Shown here one piece after another: positions 37,256 through 47,900 of a DNA stretch of 64,000 bases. Position 1 is the stretch's first letter; each line of letters opens with the position of its first letter. The notes below the pieces were generated by a model that saw only the letters and a list, made by a program, of their open reading frames with translations, had not been told where the DNA came from and did not search any database. The DNA is from a virus, in the IMG/VR virus record IMGVR_UViG_3300014656_000015. The stretch is one strand, 5' to 3'. Position numbers and translations under genes: made by a program.

Positions 37256-37348
37256 TAGCAATGTTCAACTTGGCTGTTCTCAGGTGAACAGCCGAGGTCA
37301 GCTTGACATCATTGACGAATACGGAGTTCGTCGATAGGGGATAGAGGC

Positions 37349-37382
37349 ATGGTACCAAAGTCCGGGGTGTCCTGGGTATAAG
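37349..37382. promoter_or_regulatory. Divergent promoters: extended -10 TGGTACCAT (minus, toward terL) and GGTATAAG (plus, small-gene island)
   Basis: Motifs at 37349-37357 (-) and 37377-37382 (+). Confidence 0.55.
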
Positions 37383-37405
37383 GTCTGGACGGAAAGGAGA
37401 TCTAG

Positions 37406-37825
37406 ATGCCCACGATAACGGACGCTGCCCTGGCCAACTGGCTCAACGAGCTGGAGCACGGGAAGCAGACACTATGCTGTCAGCTCCCGGGACCCCTGTG
37501 GGTGCTGATCGACGGATGGCAGGGAGCCGTGCTGTCCGAGTGGTACTCCGCCAGCTTCGATCTGGAGCCCCGGGATGAGGGGGTATCGGTGTACTTCGAC
37601 AACCCGGACGACGCGGACCAGGTTTGCCGCGAGCTCTATCTGAAAGGGAGGAAGCGGGAGGAACGTATCCGGGCTCTTCGCAACCTGGTCCGGGGTCCCA
37701 TCCTGTCGCTGACCGAGCGGGATCGGTGGCAGCGGATCGAGGCGGAGCACCTGGATCGGGTTATGGATCGTCACACGAGATCCAGACTGCAGCGCCTCTT
37801 CGGCAAGGGAGGCGAGCATGGATGA
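37406..37825 (+). CDS. Hypothetical (putative early) protein
   Basis: GGAAAGGAG RBS after TATAAG. Confidence 0.7.
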   Translation: MPTITDAALANWLNELEHGKQTLCCQLPGPLWVLIDGWQGAVLSEWYSASFDLEPRDEGVSVYFDNPDDADQVCRELYLKGRKREERIRALRNLVRGPILSLTERDRWQRIEAEHLDRVMDRHTRSRLQRLFGKGGEHG

Positions 37826-38183
37826 GCGTTGTGCCGCCAACCTGTCCTGGTTGGACGACGTGATCGACCGTATCAACGGCTGGTTCAGCGATCGGTTCAC
37901 GTTGACCAACATGCGGCAGAGTGCCATGGACCATCCGATCCACGGCAACGTTGTCCTGCGCCGCTACAGCATCGTGTTCCACGGCGGCAAGTTCGAGCAG
38001 GAGATCGAACCGGAGGAGGGGGAGGAGATCGAGGAGTTCATCAAGGAGGAGTGGGACGACACACCGTGCTGGCCCGGACCTGTCATGACCTACACCGATG
38101 GGGAGTGGGACTTCTGCGAGTGGGGCAACGGCCCCGATGGGTCCCCGGAGTTCTGGATCTTCCTGGATCCACTCGCGGAGTAG
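37818..38183 (+). CDS. Acidic hypothetical (putative early) protein
   Basis: GGGAGG RBS; coupled to the previous gene; very D/E/W-rich C-terminal half. Confidence 0.7.
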   Translation: MDERCAANLSWLDDVIDRINGWFSDRFTLTNMRQSAMDHPIHGNVVLRRYSIVFHGGKFEQEIEPEEGEEIEEFIKEEWDDTPCWPGPVMTYTDGEWDFCEWGNGPDGSPEFWIFLDPLAE

Positions 38184-38193
38184 GGGACGGAAG

Positions 38194-38218
38194 GAGGACT
38201 GGGGGGTCCTCTACTTAG
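38194..38218 (+). terminator. Putative non-canonical terminator (hairpin + CTTAG)
   Basis: GAGGAC-tggggg-GTCCTC-ta-CTTAG at the island end, convergent with late genes. Confidence 0.55.
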
Positions 38219-38225
38219 CTCAGTA

Positions 38226-39467
38226 CTAGATCTCTCCGGCTTCGAACGCTTTGAGGATACGTTTCCGTGTCCCCGGTGTCGGGGTCTGACCATAGACAAA
38301 ACCGAAGGGGCTGAGCGTCTCCACTTCCCCTGTCCGAAGTTTGAGCATTCGCTCCCGCACCTCCGGAGGAAGCGTGGCAAGACGTGTACTTTCTCGCATC
38401 AGCACTTCAGGACTCTGGTGTACGCCCCGCACGACATGGCCCTTCTTTTTTGGTAAGGCGCGCAGCAGAGCAGAGGAGGAGAACGGACCCAACGCCACTC
38501 CTTCTTCAGCAAGCTGCGCAATCTGAGGGCGCATACGGTGTAAATAGGCACCCTCCACTCTTTCCTTCAAGCCTTCGACCGGTTTCTCCACCACCCAATC
38601 CTTGCCGAGGGAACCGGTTCTTGAGAGCGCCTGGCCCTTGATCACGGCCTCGTCCATTTCGTGAGAACGAAGCAGAGCGTCAAGGCTTTCCCTGCTCTGA
38701 CCACCAACATCCCGTAGCATCGGACTCACAGACGGTGCTTCTATCGTCACCGGACGGTGGCCGACAACAAGGGGTGCCCCTCCCACATTGATCGTCACGG
38801 GTCGAACCCCGGACATGTACCCCTCACCCATGCGAGCCAGGCGAAGCTGCTCCCCGACCTCCTTGGCTCGAGATGGCTGCCCCATCAGTTTCTTGCCCAG
38901 CTCACCACCCAGCTCACGAACAGACGGCTGCAGCCGATCCACTCCATGCCTCTCCGCCAAGCCCTGGAGACCCCTATGGATACCCCTTGTCTCCTTGCCG
39001 TAATCCAGAACCCCATGCTGAAGCAACCGACTCACGTCCTCCGCACCGAGTTGCCCCGCCCGCAAGACGCGCTTCCACGCTGCCAACGCAGCTTTCTCCA
39101 TGCCTTCACCAGCTGCTTTCCCCATCGCATCCCGATTGGTACGGGCCACGGCACGCTCCAACGCGGTTCGTTCCTGGTGAAGGGCTGGTGCGGAGGCACG
39201 ACGTAGATTCGGAGCGCTACGTGCCGCGGCACGATTCAGGAGCCGCAACGCGGCCGGCGGCGGGTACATCGCTGTGGTGAGCGCGATCTTCTCCAACTCG
39301 TCACAGAAACCGTAGGCACGAGCCGCCTCCTTGGATCGGACGCGCTCCGGCAGCTTCTCGTCCTTGGGGGTGTGCCGCTCCCACTCCTTCACCACACCGG
39401 GCTCGATTTCACCTCGGGCCTTGGCTGCGTGGAAGAAGCGGCGTTGGGCCTCCGATTTGAAAGGCAT
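38226..39467 (-). CDS. Putative internal virion protein (MPFKSEAQRR N-terminal module + DELEKIA tag)
   Basis: MPFKSEAQRRFFH...; YGFCDELEKIA; MEKAA; HEMDE motif. Confidence 0.65.
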   Translation of the reverse strand: MPFKSEAQRRFFHAAKARGEIEPGVVKEWERHTPKDEKLPERVRSKEAARAYGFCDELEKIALTTAMYPPPAALRLLNRAAARSAPNLRRASAPALHQERTALERAVARTNRDAMGKAAGEGMEKAALAAWKRVLRAGQLGAEDVSRLLQHGVLDYGKETRGIHRGLQGLAERHGVDRLQPSVRELGGELGKKLMGQPSRAKEVGEQLRLARMGEGYMSGVRPVTINVGGAPLVVGHRPVTIEAPSVSPMLRDVGGQSRESLDALLRSHEMDEAVIKGQALSRTGSLGKDWVVEKPVEGLKERVEGAYLHRMRPQIAQLAEEGVALGPFSSSALLRALPKKKGHVVRGVHQSPEVLMRESTRLATLPPEVRERMLKLRTGEVETLSPFGFVYGQTPTPGTRKRILKAFEAGEI

Positions 39468-39471
39468 CGCC

Positions 39472-39705
39472 TCACCCCCGTGTAAAGGTCGTGTCCACAC
39501 TCCGCATCGGGGGAGCTGACGATGGTGTTGCCGCGTACCGACTCTTCCGGAGCAGCAAGCGTTCGATCTCCTCCTGGGTTTTCCCGCTCGGTACGGGCCG
39601 GGCCGGCGCCCGCCGAATCACACTTCCGAGACCGGCCGGGGGCCGGGTCACCAGCGCGATCTTCTCCAGCTCGTCACGGAACCCATTCAGGACTGCGGGA
39701 TGCAT
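39472..39705 (-). CDS. Small internal head protein with a DELEKIA tag
   Basis: MHPAVLNGFRDELEKIA. Confidence 0.65.
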   Translation of the reverse strand: MHPAVLNGFRDELEKIALVTRPPAGLGSVIRRAPARPVPSGKTQEEIERLLLRKSRYAATPSSAPPMRSVDTTFTRG

Positions 39706-40067
39706 TGCTCCACCTTGTCCAGGGCCCGGGTCAGGAAGGTCTCATCGGGGAGGCCGCCCCGAGCCAGGCCGAAGAGTGTCAGGCACCACCCATGAAACTC
39801 CGGTATCCACTCCACCCTCAACTCGTTCATCGGATCCCCGAGGTGGTACGACTCGATCATACAGTCCCAGATCCGGTAAGGGAAGACCTCGGGCCATGGC
39901 GTCCCCCGCACCCGTCGGTACAGGTGCACGATCAGATCATCGACGGACCCCATGTACTCCACCAGGAAAGTCTGGTAGCGGTCCGCAGCGATGCGGTGCT
40001 CCAGGACGGGTTGGGTCTCGGGAGTCGAGCCGACGAACCCGTCCGGGCTGGTAGCGGTTATCGACAC
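39687..40067 (-). CDS. Hypothetical protein
   Basis: AGGAG RBS; globular composition. Confidence 0.6.
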   Translation of the reverse strand: MSITATSPDGFVGSTPETQPVLEHRIAADRYQTFLVEYMGSVDDLIVHLYRRVRGTPWPEVFPYRIWDCMIESYHLGDPMNELRVEWIPEFHGWCLTLFGLARGGLPDETFLTRALDKVEQCIPQS

Positions 40068-40097
40068 GGTGCGCTCCTGTGTATATAGGGGTAGGGC

Positions 40098-40964
40098 CTA
40101 GAACACGATCTCCTCATCTTCCTCCTCCATCGAGGCCGGCGGGGTGTAATTGCCCCGTGTCAGCTCCTTGACCGCGGCCACCTCCGGCTTGACGTGACGC
40201 ATGCGGAACGTGGAGAACGCCTCCAGCACGTCCTGGGTCGCATCCGTCGTCGCCTCGATCCCCTCCTGGGCCCACTTGGCGGCTCGGACATAGGCCAGGA
40301 AGGCCCGGGCATGCCGCTCCCCGACCGGTCTGTCGGCCATCTGCTGGATGAACATGTGGGCCAGGTTCCTGGCATCGGTGAAGACCCGGTTCCCCTCGAC
40401 CCGGCGCAGGTCCGCCATCCCCATCTTCCAGAGGAGGAGCCGGAGGCCGGCGGAGTCCTTCGTGTTCAACGCGATCCGGAGCCACTCCTGGTTCGGGGTC
40501 TGGCGCTGCCCGACGAACTCGCCCCAATCCAGCGCGCTCATCGCGCTGCGGTTCCAGAAGTAGTGCTCGAACAGCCGATAGACCTCGGGCCGGATCATGG
40601 ACCCGAATCGCATCTGGAGCCGGCGCACCGCGGCCTCGGGCCGAACCGGAGACAGGATCATGCTCTCCATGGCCTGCCGCAGCTCGGGCTCCTCCAGAAT
40701 GGCCTTGGCCCGAGCCATGTCGTGAGTGTTCTGCCACGCCTCCTGGATGCCCTCCATCCGCAGGAAGCTCTGAGACGGGTAATGGTCGGGGGAGGCCGGG
40801 CAGAACGGGATCGGGAAGCGCATGCCCCGCTCCAGCTCCGTCACGTCGTTCTCAGTCATCCCACCCAGATCGAGCATGGTGAGCATCTCGGCGATGGCCA
40901 GCGATGTGTGGCAACGCCTCGAGACGTAGTACTTGGCGTAGTAGACAGCGGGGTGCTTGACCAT
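40098..40964 (-). CDS. Hypothetical helical protein
   Basis: 288-aa ORF; extended -10 TGCTACGCT at 40974-40982. Confidence 0.7.
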   Translation of the reverse strand: MVKHPAVYYAKYYVSRRCHTSLAIAEMLTMLDLGGMTENDVTELERGMRFPIPFCPASPDHYPSQSFLRMEGIQEAWQNTHDMARAKAILEEPELRQAMESMILSPVRPEAAVRRLQMRFGSMIRPEVYRLFEHYFWNRSAMSALDWGEFVGQRQTPNQEWLRIALNTKDSAGLRLLLWKMGMADLRRVEGNRVFTDARNLAHMFIQQMADRPVGERHARAFLAYVRAAKWAQEGIEATTDATQDVLEAFSTFRMRHVKPEVAAVKELTRGNYTPPASMEEEDEEIVF

Positions 40965-41000
40965 GTCAGGAGGAGCGTAGCACAGGATGAGGACAGGGTT

Positions 41001-43118
41001 CTAGGCGGATAGCAGGGAGCGGACCCGATTCCGATTGGCCGCAGCCAGCGGTTGCAAGGTCTCCGCCGCCACCTTCTCCTGGGACAGGAGCAGGGTACGG
41101 AGACCGCGGCAGACCTCGTCGAGCCGCTCCATCGCGCTCTTCGCGCTGCTCTCCGGAACCTCGTCCAGACCCAGACGGGACGCGAGCAGGAGATGCGCGA
41201 GCCGGCTCACGGTCTCCTCGAGCGCGGGCAGGTACTGCACGAAGAGCCGCACGTTCTCCGGGTTGAGGAAGCCCAGGGACAAGATGTGATCCACCGTGGA
41301 CACGTCCTGGAACGCGGCGGCCTCCTTCACGAGATGCGTGGTGCGCGGCAACGCTTCCCAGAGCTTGCGAACCTCGGTGCGGGCCGCGGCCAGCTTCTCC
41401 CGATGCTGCGATCCGTCACCGAGGACGCGGCAACCCCGGACCCGTACCCGGTACCGCTTGCTAGCCGTCTTCAGCATCTCGGCGGCCCGTGACTCGGACA
41501 GACCCAGACCCACCGCCAGGAACATGGCATCGCTGTGCTCCAGGGACCGGGTCCACCTGGACCCGATCTTCTGCAGGGGCTCCCCCTCGAAGCTCCAGGT
41601 CGAGCCGTCGGAGCGCACACTGACGATGGAGGCGTCCCGGAGCATGGACTCCTTCACGAAGTCGGCGGCCTGATCCACCAGGGGTATCACGTGCTCCGGG
41701 AACGGGGCCCAACGCACCGTGTCCGGAATCGCGTAGGTCTTCCCTTCATCGTCCTCGTCAACTTCGGTCAGCTCGCGGAGGCCCGGGACCAGGCTCAGCT
41801 TCAGTGGTTCCCCCTCCAAGGTATGGCACAGCAGGAGCACCGGCCCCTCCTCGGTGCGGGTCGCGCCTTCCATCTGGACCGGCTGGAACGCGATCACGTT
41901 GCCGGTCGAGGCCACATGGTAGAAGAAGCCCTGCTGCGGTTTTCCGTCCGCCCCACGCTCCAGTGGATTGGCCCTGATGATGTTGGAGCCCTTGCCGACC
42001 AGACTGCCCACGATCTGGTCCTGGATGCCGCATTCGGATCCGTTGGTGAACAGCTTGTAGGTCTTGGTGGTTCCGTCAAACCCGATGACATCGGGGAAGA
42101 CCCATCCCATCAGCTCCCGACCATCCCTGGACTTGACCCGGTACTCCCCGAAGCTCTCGATGGGCTCGATTCGATCCGACTCGAGCTGCTCCCGGACCAC
42201 GGGCTGAGTCGAGACGGTGCGCTCCCCCACCTCGTCCACGCTCTCCACGATGTCGGGACCCGCGAGCCCCTCCATCTCGAAACGATCCGTCTCCACCTGC
42301 TCCGGCTCGAAGCTATCGACGGACGCCGTCTTCAAGATGTAGGTCTCGCCACGCCGACTGACCTGGATCAGGTCTGGCACCCGGCGCGCTGCCAACTTGA
42401 CCACCTGGTCCGTTGTGAGCGGGCTCGCCGTCTTCAGGATCTCCAGGCTGGGCCGGCTCGCCGGGTTCGCTGCCAGGTACAGGAGCAGGTCCGGGTCCTT
42501 GCCGAGCTCGGCCTGCAACCGGCCCAACGCCTCCTTGGTCATGGTGGGAAGCAGCGAGGCCAGGAGCGAGCGGTCCGAGCCCATCTTCATCGTGCTGTTG
42601 TGGATCTCCCCACTCATGTCTCCGTAGTGCCGGGACTCCGTGGGCGGATGCAGCGACGCCTGCATCGAGGGGTTGTCACCATCCCGCGGCGGCACGTCGA
42701 ACATCTGGGACCGGAACAGGGCGGTGCGCAGCCGGATCTCGTTCAACGGCCAGTGCCGGCCACTCTCGTCCATGAACGTGTCCAGCTCCTGGAGCCGGCT
42801 GCCCTTGATGATGATGGGGACGTGCACCGTCTTCACACCGTGTGCCGCGGCCACCGTCTCCTGCCCCTCGGCGCGGGGCGTGAAGGCGGAGCGGCTCTGC
42901 ACCTCGAGGTAGCCCACACCGTACCCGCGCTCCCCGTCCACGCTCTTCATGACCGGCGAGACCATGTATGCCTGCAGGAAGGGCTTGCTTTCGAGAGCCT
43001 CCCGCAGGATCTCTCGGGGCCAGGCGTCAGCGGTGTCCGACAACCGGATCTCGGCCGCGGTCTTCTCGACGACGGGCACCTCGATCTTCCGGAACAGCTT
43101 GCTCATGAAATCCTCCAC
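41001..43118 (-). CDS. Large virion-associated protein with K-x-A/S sites
   Basis: EKTAA, LKTAS (x3), VKLAA, EKLAA, VKEAA, EKVAA; extended -10 TGATACGGT at 43131-43139. Confidence 0.7.
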   Translation of the reverse strand: MEDFMSKLFRKIEVPVVEKTAAEIRLSDTADAWPREILREALESKPFLQAYMVSPVMKSVDGERGYGVGYLEVQSRSAFTPRAEGQETVAAAHGVKTVHVPIIIKGSRLQELDTFMDESGRHWPLNEIRLRTALFRSQMFDVPPRDGDNPSMQASLHPPTESRHYGDMSGEIHNSTMKMGSDRSLLASLLPTMTKEALGRLQAELGKDPDLLLYLAANPASRPSLEILKTASPLTTDQVVKLAARRVPDLIQVSRRGETYILKTASVDSFEPEQVETDRFEMEGLAGPDIVESVDEVGERTVSTQPVVREQLESDRIEPIESFGEYRVKSRDGRELMGWVFPDVIGFDGTTKTYKLFTNGSECGIQDQIVGSLVGKGSNIIRANPLERGADGKPQQGFFYHVASTGNVIAFQPVQMEGATRTEEGPVLLLCHTLEGEPLKLSLVPGLRELTEVDEDDEGKTYAIPDTVRWAPFPEHVIPLVDQAADFVKESMLRDASIVSVRSDGSTWSFEGEPLQKIGSRWTRSLEHSDAMFLAVGLGLSESRAAEMLKTASKRYRVRVRGCRVLGDGSQHREKLAAARTEVRKLWEALPRTTHLVKEAAAFQDVSTVDHILSLGFLNPENVRLFVQYLPALEETVSRLAHLLLASRLGLDEVPESSAKSAMERLDEVCRGLRTLLLSQEKVAAETLQPLAAANRNRVRSLLSA

Positions 43119-43396
43119 GCCGCCCCGGCCACCGTATCATTGGCCTGAGCATGGCTGGTGATGTGCTCCACAACGGCCTCGGCGATGGCCTGGGCCATCG
43201 GCCGCATACGCTCCATCTCCTCGTCGGTCAGCGAGCGCGTGCCGCGCCTCTCCAGCACCGTGTAGCTGATGGTACCATCATCCCGTGGCACCTGGGAAAC
43301 GTCGAAGCCGACAACCACGTCGGTCAGCGACTGCTGCAGCAAACGGGAGAGCCTGGCCTGGATCAGGTCGGCCAGGGCCTGTGCATCCATGCTCAA
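43103..43396 (-). CDS. Small baseplate-associated protein (putative)
   Basis: Coupled to the spike gene; AQAIAEAVVEHI helix is common in genes adjacent to spike genes. Confidence 0.55.
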   Translation of the reverse strand: MSMDAQALADLIQARLSRLLQQSLTDVVVGFDVSQVPRDDGTISYTVLERRGTRSLTDEEMERMRPMAQAIAEAVVEHITSHAQANDTVAGAAWRIS

Positions 43397-44559
43397 TCCA
43401 GAAACACCTTTCTGGCCGAGTACTCGTTGGGCATCGGCGCTGTCAGCGGTGCGCCAGTACTGGCCCCCTCCACCGAGTGTCGATGGTTCTGGATATACAG
43501 GATCAGGGAGGGGGTCAGCTTGACCGCGGCCCGACTCGCCCCGTTCCCGCCCAGCTTGATGCTGTTGCAGTCGATCACCTTGGACCCACTGATCGTCTCC
43601 CGGCTGCTGCCCGCTTGCAAACTGTGCGAGCCGGAGACCTCGACGGAGAGGTCGGAGCCGATGCTCACGCTCCGGCTTCCGGTCACCGTGACCGAGTCAT
43701 TGCCCTGTACTTCCAGGGTACGCTCACCCCGGATCGTCTGAGTCCAGTCGCCCCAGGCCTCGAGCTCGACGTCCCCGCTCTCGTTGATAGTGAGATCGAA
43801 GACCCGGGCCTCGCCGTCCACGGTCTCCGCGACGGCGTCGATGCCGTCCGGCGCGACCACGACACGGATCCGCACGTCGTCAGCCATTCCCCCCAGCTGG
43901 AGCATGGCAACGTCGTGCTCATCCTGAGCATTGGTCCTGGCACCGATGCTGAGTATGGCCTTGGCCTCGTTCTCCGGATCCTCGTCGGAGCGGTGGACCC
44001 GCCACGAGATCTCCCCGCCTCCAGCCAGCATCTGGTAGCTCTCACACATGTCCCGGATCACGTTGCCGATGGGAAGGTAGAAACGTTTCGACACTCCACT
44101 GGAACCGATTATCACGGACCCGCCCCGCTGCAACCAGATCTGGTTCCCGTCCCGGCCCCGCATCATGATGTCGCCCTGCTGCAATCGGGGTCGGCCCGCT
44201 CGAAACGTGACCTCGGACCCGGGTCCGGTCTCCACGTTCTCCGCGTCGGCCTGGCTTCCGATACCCTCCGCGCCCTCCCGCTCCATCGTGGTCACGAAGC
44301 AGAGGATGAAGGGAGAACCATCGCTGGGCATGCACAGCTTCACGATGCTGCCAACCTCCGGCATGGCATAGATCCCCTCCCCACTATTGTAGTGGAGATA
44401 GGGTGCGCCAACCTGGAGATCCTGGATGATCCGGTGTGTGTACTTGGTGCGGGCCGTCACGGTCCAATGCAGCATGTCTACGTTGAGGATGCGGGCCTCC
44501 TCGATCAGGACCGCGCTGACGCCGCGTTGCGTCGGACTATTTCGACTCGGCGGCGGCAC
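43393..44559 (-). CDS. Baseplate central spike (gpV/gp5-like)
   Basis: N-terminal OB-like region (MPEVGS), V-x-G beta-helix repeats (TIRG/EVQG/TVTG/SIGS/EVSG), apex HRH metal motif. Confidence 0.75.
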   Translation of the reverse strand: MPPPSRNSPTQRGVSAVLIEEARILNVDMLHWTVTARTKYTHRIIQDLQVGAPYLHYNSGEGIYAMPEVGSIVKLCMPSDGSPFILCFVTTMEREGAEGIGSQADAENVETGPGSEVTFRAGRPRLQQGDIMMRGRDGNQIWLQRGGSVIIGSSGVSKRFYLPIGNVIRDMCESYQMLAGGGEISWRVHRSDEDPENEAKAILSIGARTNAQDEHDVAMLQLGGMADDVRIRVVVAPDGIDAVAETVDGEARVFDLTINESGDVELEAWGDWTQTIRGERTLEVQGNDSVTVTGSRSVSIGSDLSVEVSGSHSLQAGSSRETISGSKVIDCNSIKLGGNGASRAAVKLTPSLILYIQNHRHSVEGASTGAPLTAPMPNEYSARKVFLD

Positions 44560-44563
44560 GATG

Positions 44564-44908
44564 CTACCTCGAACCGCGACCCGCCATGAAGGCGGTGCCC
44601 AGGCCACCAGCGCCGACCGCACCGCCAGCCCCGATCAATGCGGCTCGACCCTCGGGGCGCCCCCAGAGCGATTTTACCCCGGCTCCGATCCGTTGACCCA
44701 GCCCGGCCTCCTGCGGTAACCCGACCATGCCCCGCCGGAAAAGAGCCTGCAGCATGGTACCGGCTTGCACCGGGCTCCGCACCATCTTCCAGCTGGTCCG
44801 TGCCAGATTGGCGACTCCCATCGGATTGAACGCCACCTTGCTCAGCATGCCGTACCGCTCGATCTCGCCGAGCTCCTCGAAGAAGGATTGCATCGTTGCT
44901 GGGTGCAT
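44564..44908 (-). CDS. Small internal virion protein with a glycine-zipper C-terminus
   Basis: MHPATMQSFFEELGEI...LSKVA; GRAALIGAGGAVGAGGLG. Confidence 0.6.
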   Translation of the reverse strand: MHPATMQSFFEELGEIERYGMLSKVAFNPMGVANLARTSWKMVRSPVQAGTMLQALFRRGMVGLPQEAGLGQRIGAGVKSLWGRPEGRAALIGAGGAVGAGGLGTAFMAGRGSR

Positions 44909-44939
44909 CGCGCCTCCCACCCTATCATAGCGTTCCGCA

Positions 44940-47900
44940 TCAGTAGCGCCAAGGCTTCTCCGGAGTCCCCTTACCAAAGGAGGCCCCCGAGATCAGGCCG
45001 GGTACCGGATGCGTGCCGTGGAACTCGGTGGTCCAGCCCTGCTGTGCGGCCTCGGTCAACGTGCTCTTGAGCCTGGTGTGGTTGAGCCGCGCCATCCAAT
45101 CCTCCTGGACATCGAGCGGGAGCAGCTTCACACCTCGGAGCACAGGGCTGTACTTGACCCCCTTCTCCTGAGCATGCTCCCGGTTCCACCGAGCCACGGC
45201 AGGCGTGCTGGCCAGATCGCCGCGCAGCAGCGCAGGGTGGTCCCCGGAGTCCTCGATCTCGGCCACGTTGCTCATGGCCCGGACCAGGAGCTCGGAGTTG
45301 CGACGTCGGATACCCTCCTTACCGTAGATGCTGTGGAGCTGCTGTGCCAGGAAACCCTGGGTTCGGTTGACCCCGGCCAGCGGCAGCAGCTGGTGTGGAT
45401 TGATGTACCCGGTCGTGATCGGATCCCCCTTACGGACCGCCTGACCCGCCTTCACGGTCAGCGCCGTGCCGGCCGGAACGTAGTGTCGGGTACCCCGTAT
45501 CATGACGCTGTGCCCACCGGCAGGGTCCTTCTTGATTGCCTCCACCGTCCCCTCCTTCGTGGCCAACGTTGCTGAATCCTTTACCTTCTGCGGAAGGTAG
45601 AGGAGAGAGGTAGCCCGGTCCAGTCCGGCAGCAGCCAGGCTCTGTTCCGCGCTCTCCTTGCCCTCATAAACTCCTCCTGAATGGAAGCTCCGCAGCGCGA
45701 GCTGGGTGCCCCGCTCCCCCAGTGCCTGGGCAGCCAGCACACCCACGTTCGTACCCAGGTCCGGCAGCTTTCCGGATTCGGTGAGCCCCATGCACTTCGC
45801 ACAGACCCCGGTATGGTGGTCGCAACGTATCGGGGAGCGCACCACGACCCGCGCCCGAGGATTGTTGTTGCGGATCTTGGTCACCAGATCATCGGTCAGT
45901 AGAGTATTTGCCGGAATCTCCTTGCCCCGGCCCAGCTTGACCGGAGCAACGGTGAAGCGTCCGAGCACGTCGGGGTCCTCCACACGCAACCCGATACCCC
46001 TCGCGGTCTCACAGTCCTCGGTATCCACCATCTGATCCATGGTGGAGTTCATCATCATCTTGGTCAGGTAGCCCGGTTCCCGGACGCTCTGCACCTTCTG
46101 CACGATGCCCTTGCGCCCGCCGCTGGTGGCCGACCAGTAGTCCATGGTCCGCAAGCCCTCCGCATAGGAACGGCGGACCGCGTTGGGGACGACTTCGCCC
46201 TTCCCGTCCACGAAGAGCACGGGTGCCGCCACCAGCTGCTTGTACCCGTTGCCCTTGATCCCCGCCGCCACCTCGAGCCGCGCCAACTGGGACTGGTTCC
46301 TGGGGTCCCGGGCTGCCTGCTTGAGGGCGGAGTCCAGCTTCCCCGACACCTCGGCGAAGGCATCGACGTACTGCTGCACGTCTCCGGGCTTGCTCAAATC
46401 GAGCCTGGATGTCTTCGTGGCAGCCGCACGGAGCAGGGGGTCCCGGATCTCACGGTGCGGCCTCATGTCCTCCAATCCCAGGGTAAAGCCCTCGGACGTG
46501 CTGACCTCGTTGCCCAGATCCTTGAGTCGGTTCGTCCGCTCCGGGTAGCCCTCACCGTCGAGCTGGGCCATTCGCTGGAACAGCTTGCCCTGCTCCCCCT
46601 TGGTAAGCCGGTACTGGAGGTCGGACAGCACGGGCTTCCTGAGCTCCTCCGGGAGCTCCTTGCTCACCCGGAGCCGACCCAGCGTGGTCCGGGTCGGCTT
46701 CCCGTCCGCCCCGGTCACCTTGACCACATCGGTCAACCCCACCTTCCCCTGTGCGTGGGCCCGTTCCAGCTCGGACTCCGTCTTGAAACTCTGGTTCGTC
46801 TTCTTGCCGACCTCGGTGGCCATGTAAAGGCCGACCTGCATCTCCTTGTCCGGGGTGTACATGACCCGGTGCGTGGCCGCGCTGAACAGGTTGCGGCTCG
46901 GGAACATGGCCTCGGCTTCGTGTACCGCTTCGTTGGAGATCGGGACGTAGGCAGACATCTGGTCCCCATCGAAATCGGCATTAAATCCGGAACACACCAA
47001 CGGATGTATCCCGATCGTCTTGGTATCGGTGAGGCGCGGCTTGAAGCTCTGCACGCTGTACCGGTGCAGCGCTGGATCCCGTTTGAGCATGACGGGCCGC
47101 TCCTGGACCACGCGGTCCAGTGTTCGAACAGCCAGTGGGTCATTCTCGTCCACCATCTTCTTGGCCTCGAGCGGACCGACACCGGCGGTACGACGGAGCT
47201 CGCGGACCACGAAGGGCTTGTACATCTCCTTGGCTGCCTTCCGCGGCAGCTCCACCTCGTCCAGCCCCAGCTTGGGGTTGGGCACGATGGTGCTGCGCAT
47301 CGTCAGATCCTGCTTCCGTTTGAGCAAGACGTTCTGGACGTAGCCCTCCTTGGGAGAGCCCTTGCCGGCGATGGTCTGGAGGATGCCGGAGAACTTGTTG
47401 TTGAGATGCCCGCCGACACCGGTCAACGAGCGCAGGTGGTCATAGATGTCGGCCTCGACCGGCGTGATCAAGGACTGCGGGGTGCCTGGCGGGAACTGGC
47501 CCGCCTTCATGTTCACCAGGGCCAGCCCCTTGTAAAGCTCGTTCAGATCGTCGGTCTGCAGCCGACCATCCTCCGTGATCGCGATGGGGCGCATCGCGGG
47601 GGGCAGGACCGGGACGTGCCGCATCATGTAGGCGTCGGTCGGCTTCATCTGGAGCCGGTCCAGCGCCTGCAGATACTTCACCTTGCGCCGGGTCTCGTTG
47701 AGGAGCTGGCCATTCAGCTTGGGCAGCCGAGCCTTCTCCCGTTCCAGGTCCGACTTCACGTCGATCCGGTCCAGTATCTTGCCGACCGCGGCGGGACCAT
47801 AGGTCACCCCGGCCTTGCCGGACTCGGTCACCACGTTGCCGTCGTCGGATACCCCGGCCTGGCCAGCGATGATGCTCTGGTACACTGGGGCCCGGATCCC

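Larger units (their letters stand above)
35858..37307 (-). mobile_element. Non-autonomous IS200/IS605-family element (RHH + TnpB, no TnpA)
   Basis: Subterminal hairpins with the same loop (TGTTC-ACCTGA-GA) at both ends (37272-37293, 35868-35885); right end TTCAA lies 10 nt from the hairpin; left end uncertain by a few nt. Confidence 0.7.

Noticed and set aside
35872-37290. 13-bp direct repeat as a target-site duplication
   Set aside because: Both copies form the tops of hairpins inside the element; IS200/IS605 elements make no TSD and carry such subterminal hairpins.
37086-37358. 91-aa N-terminal extension of the TnpB ORF given in the ORF track
   Set aside because: It spans the element's left end, its promoter and the RHH gene in another frame; the GTG at 37085 gives a normal-sized TnpB.
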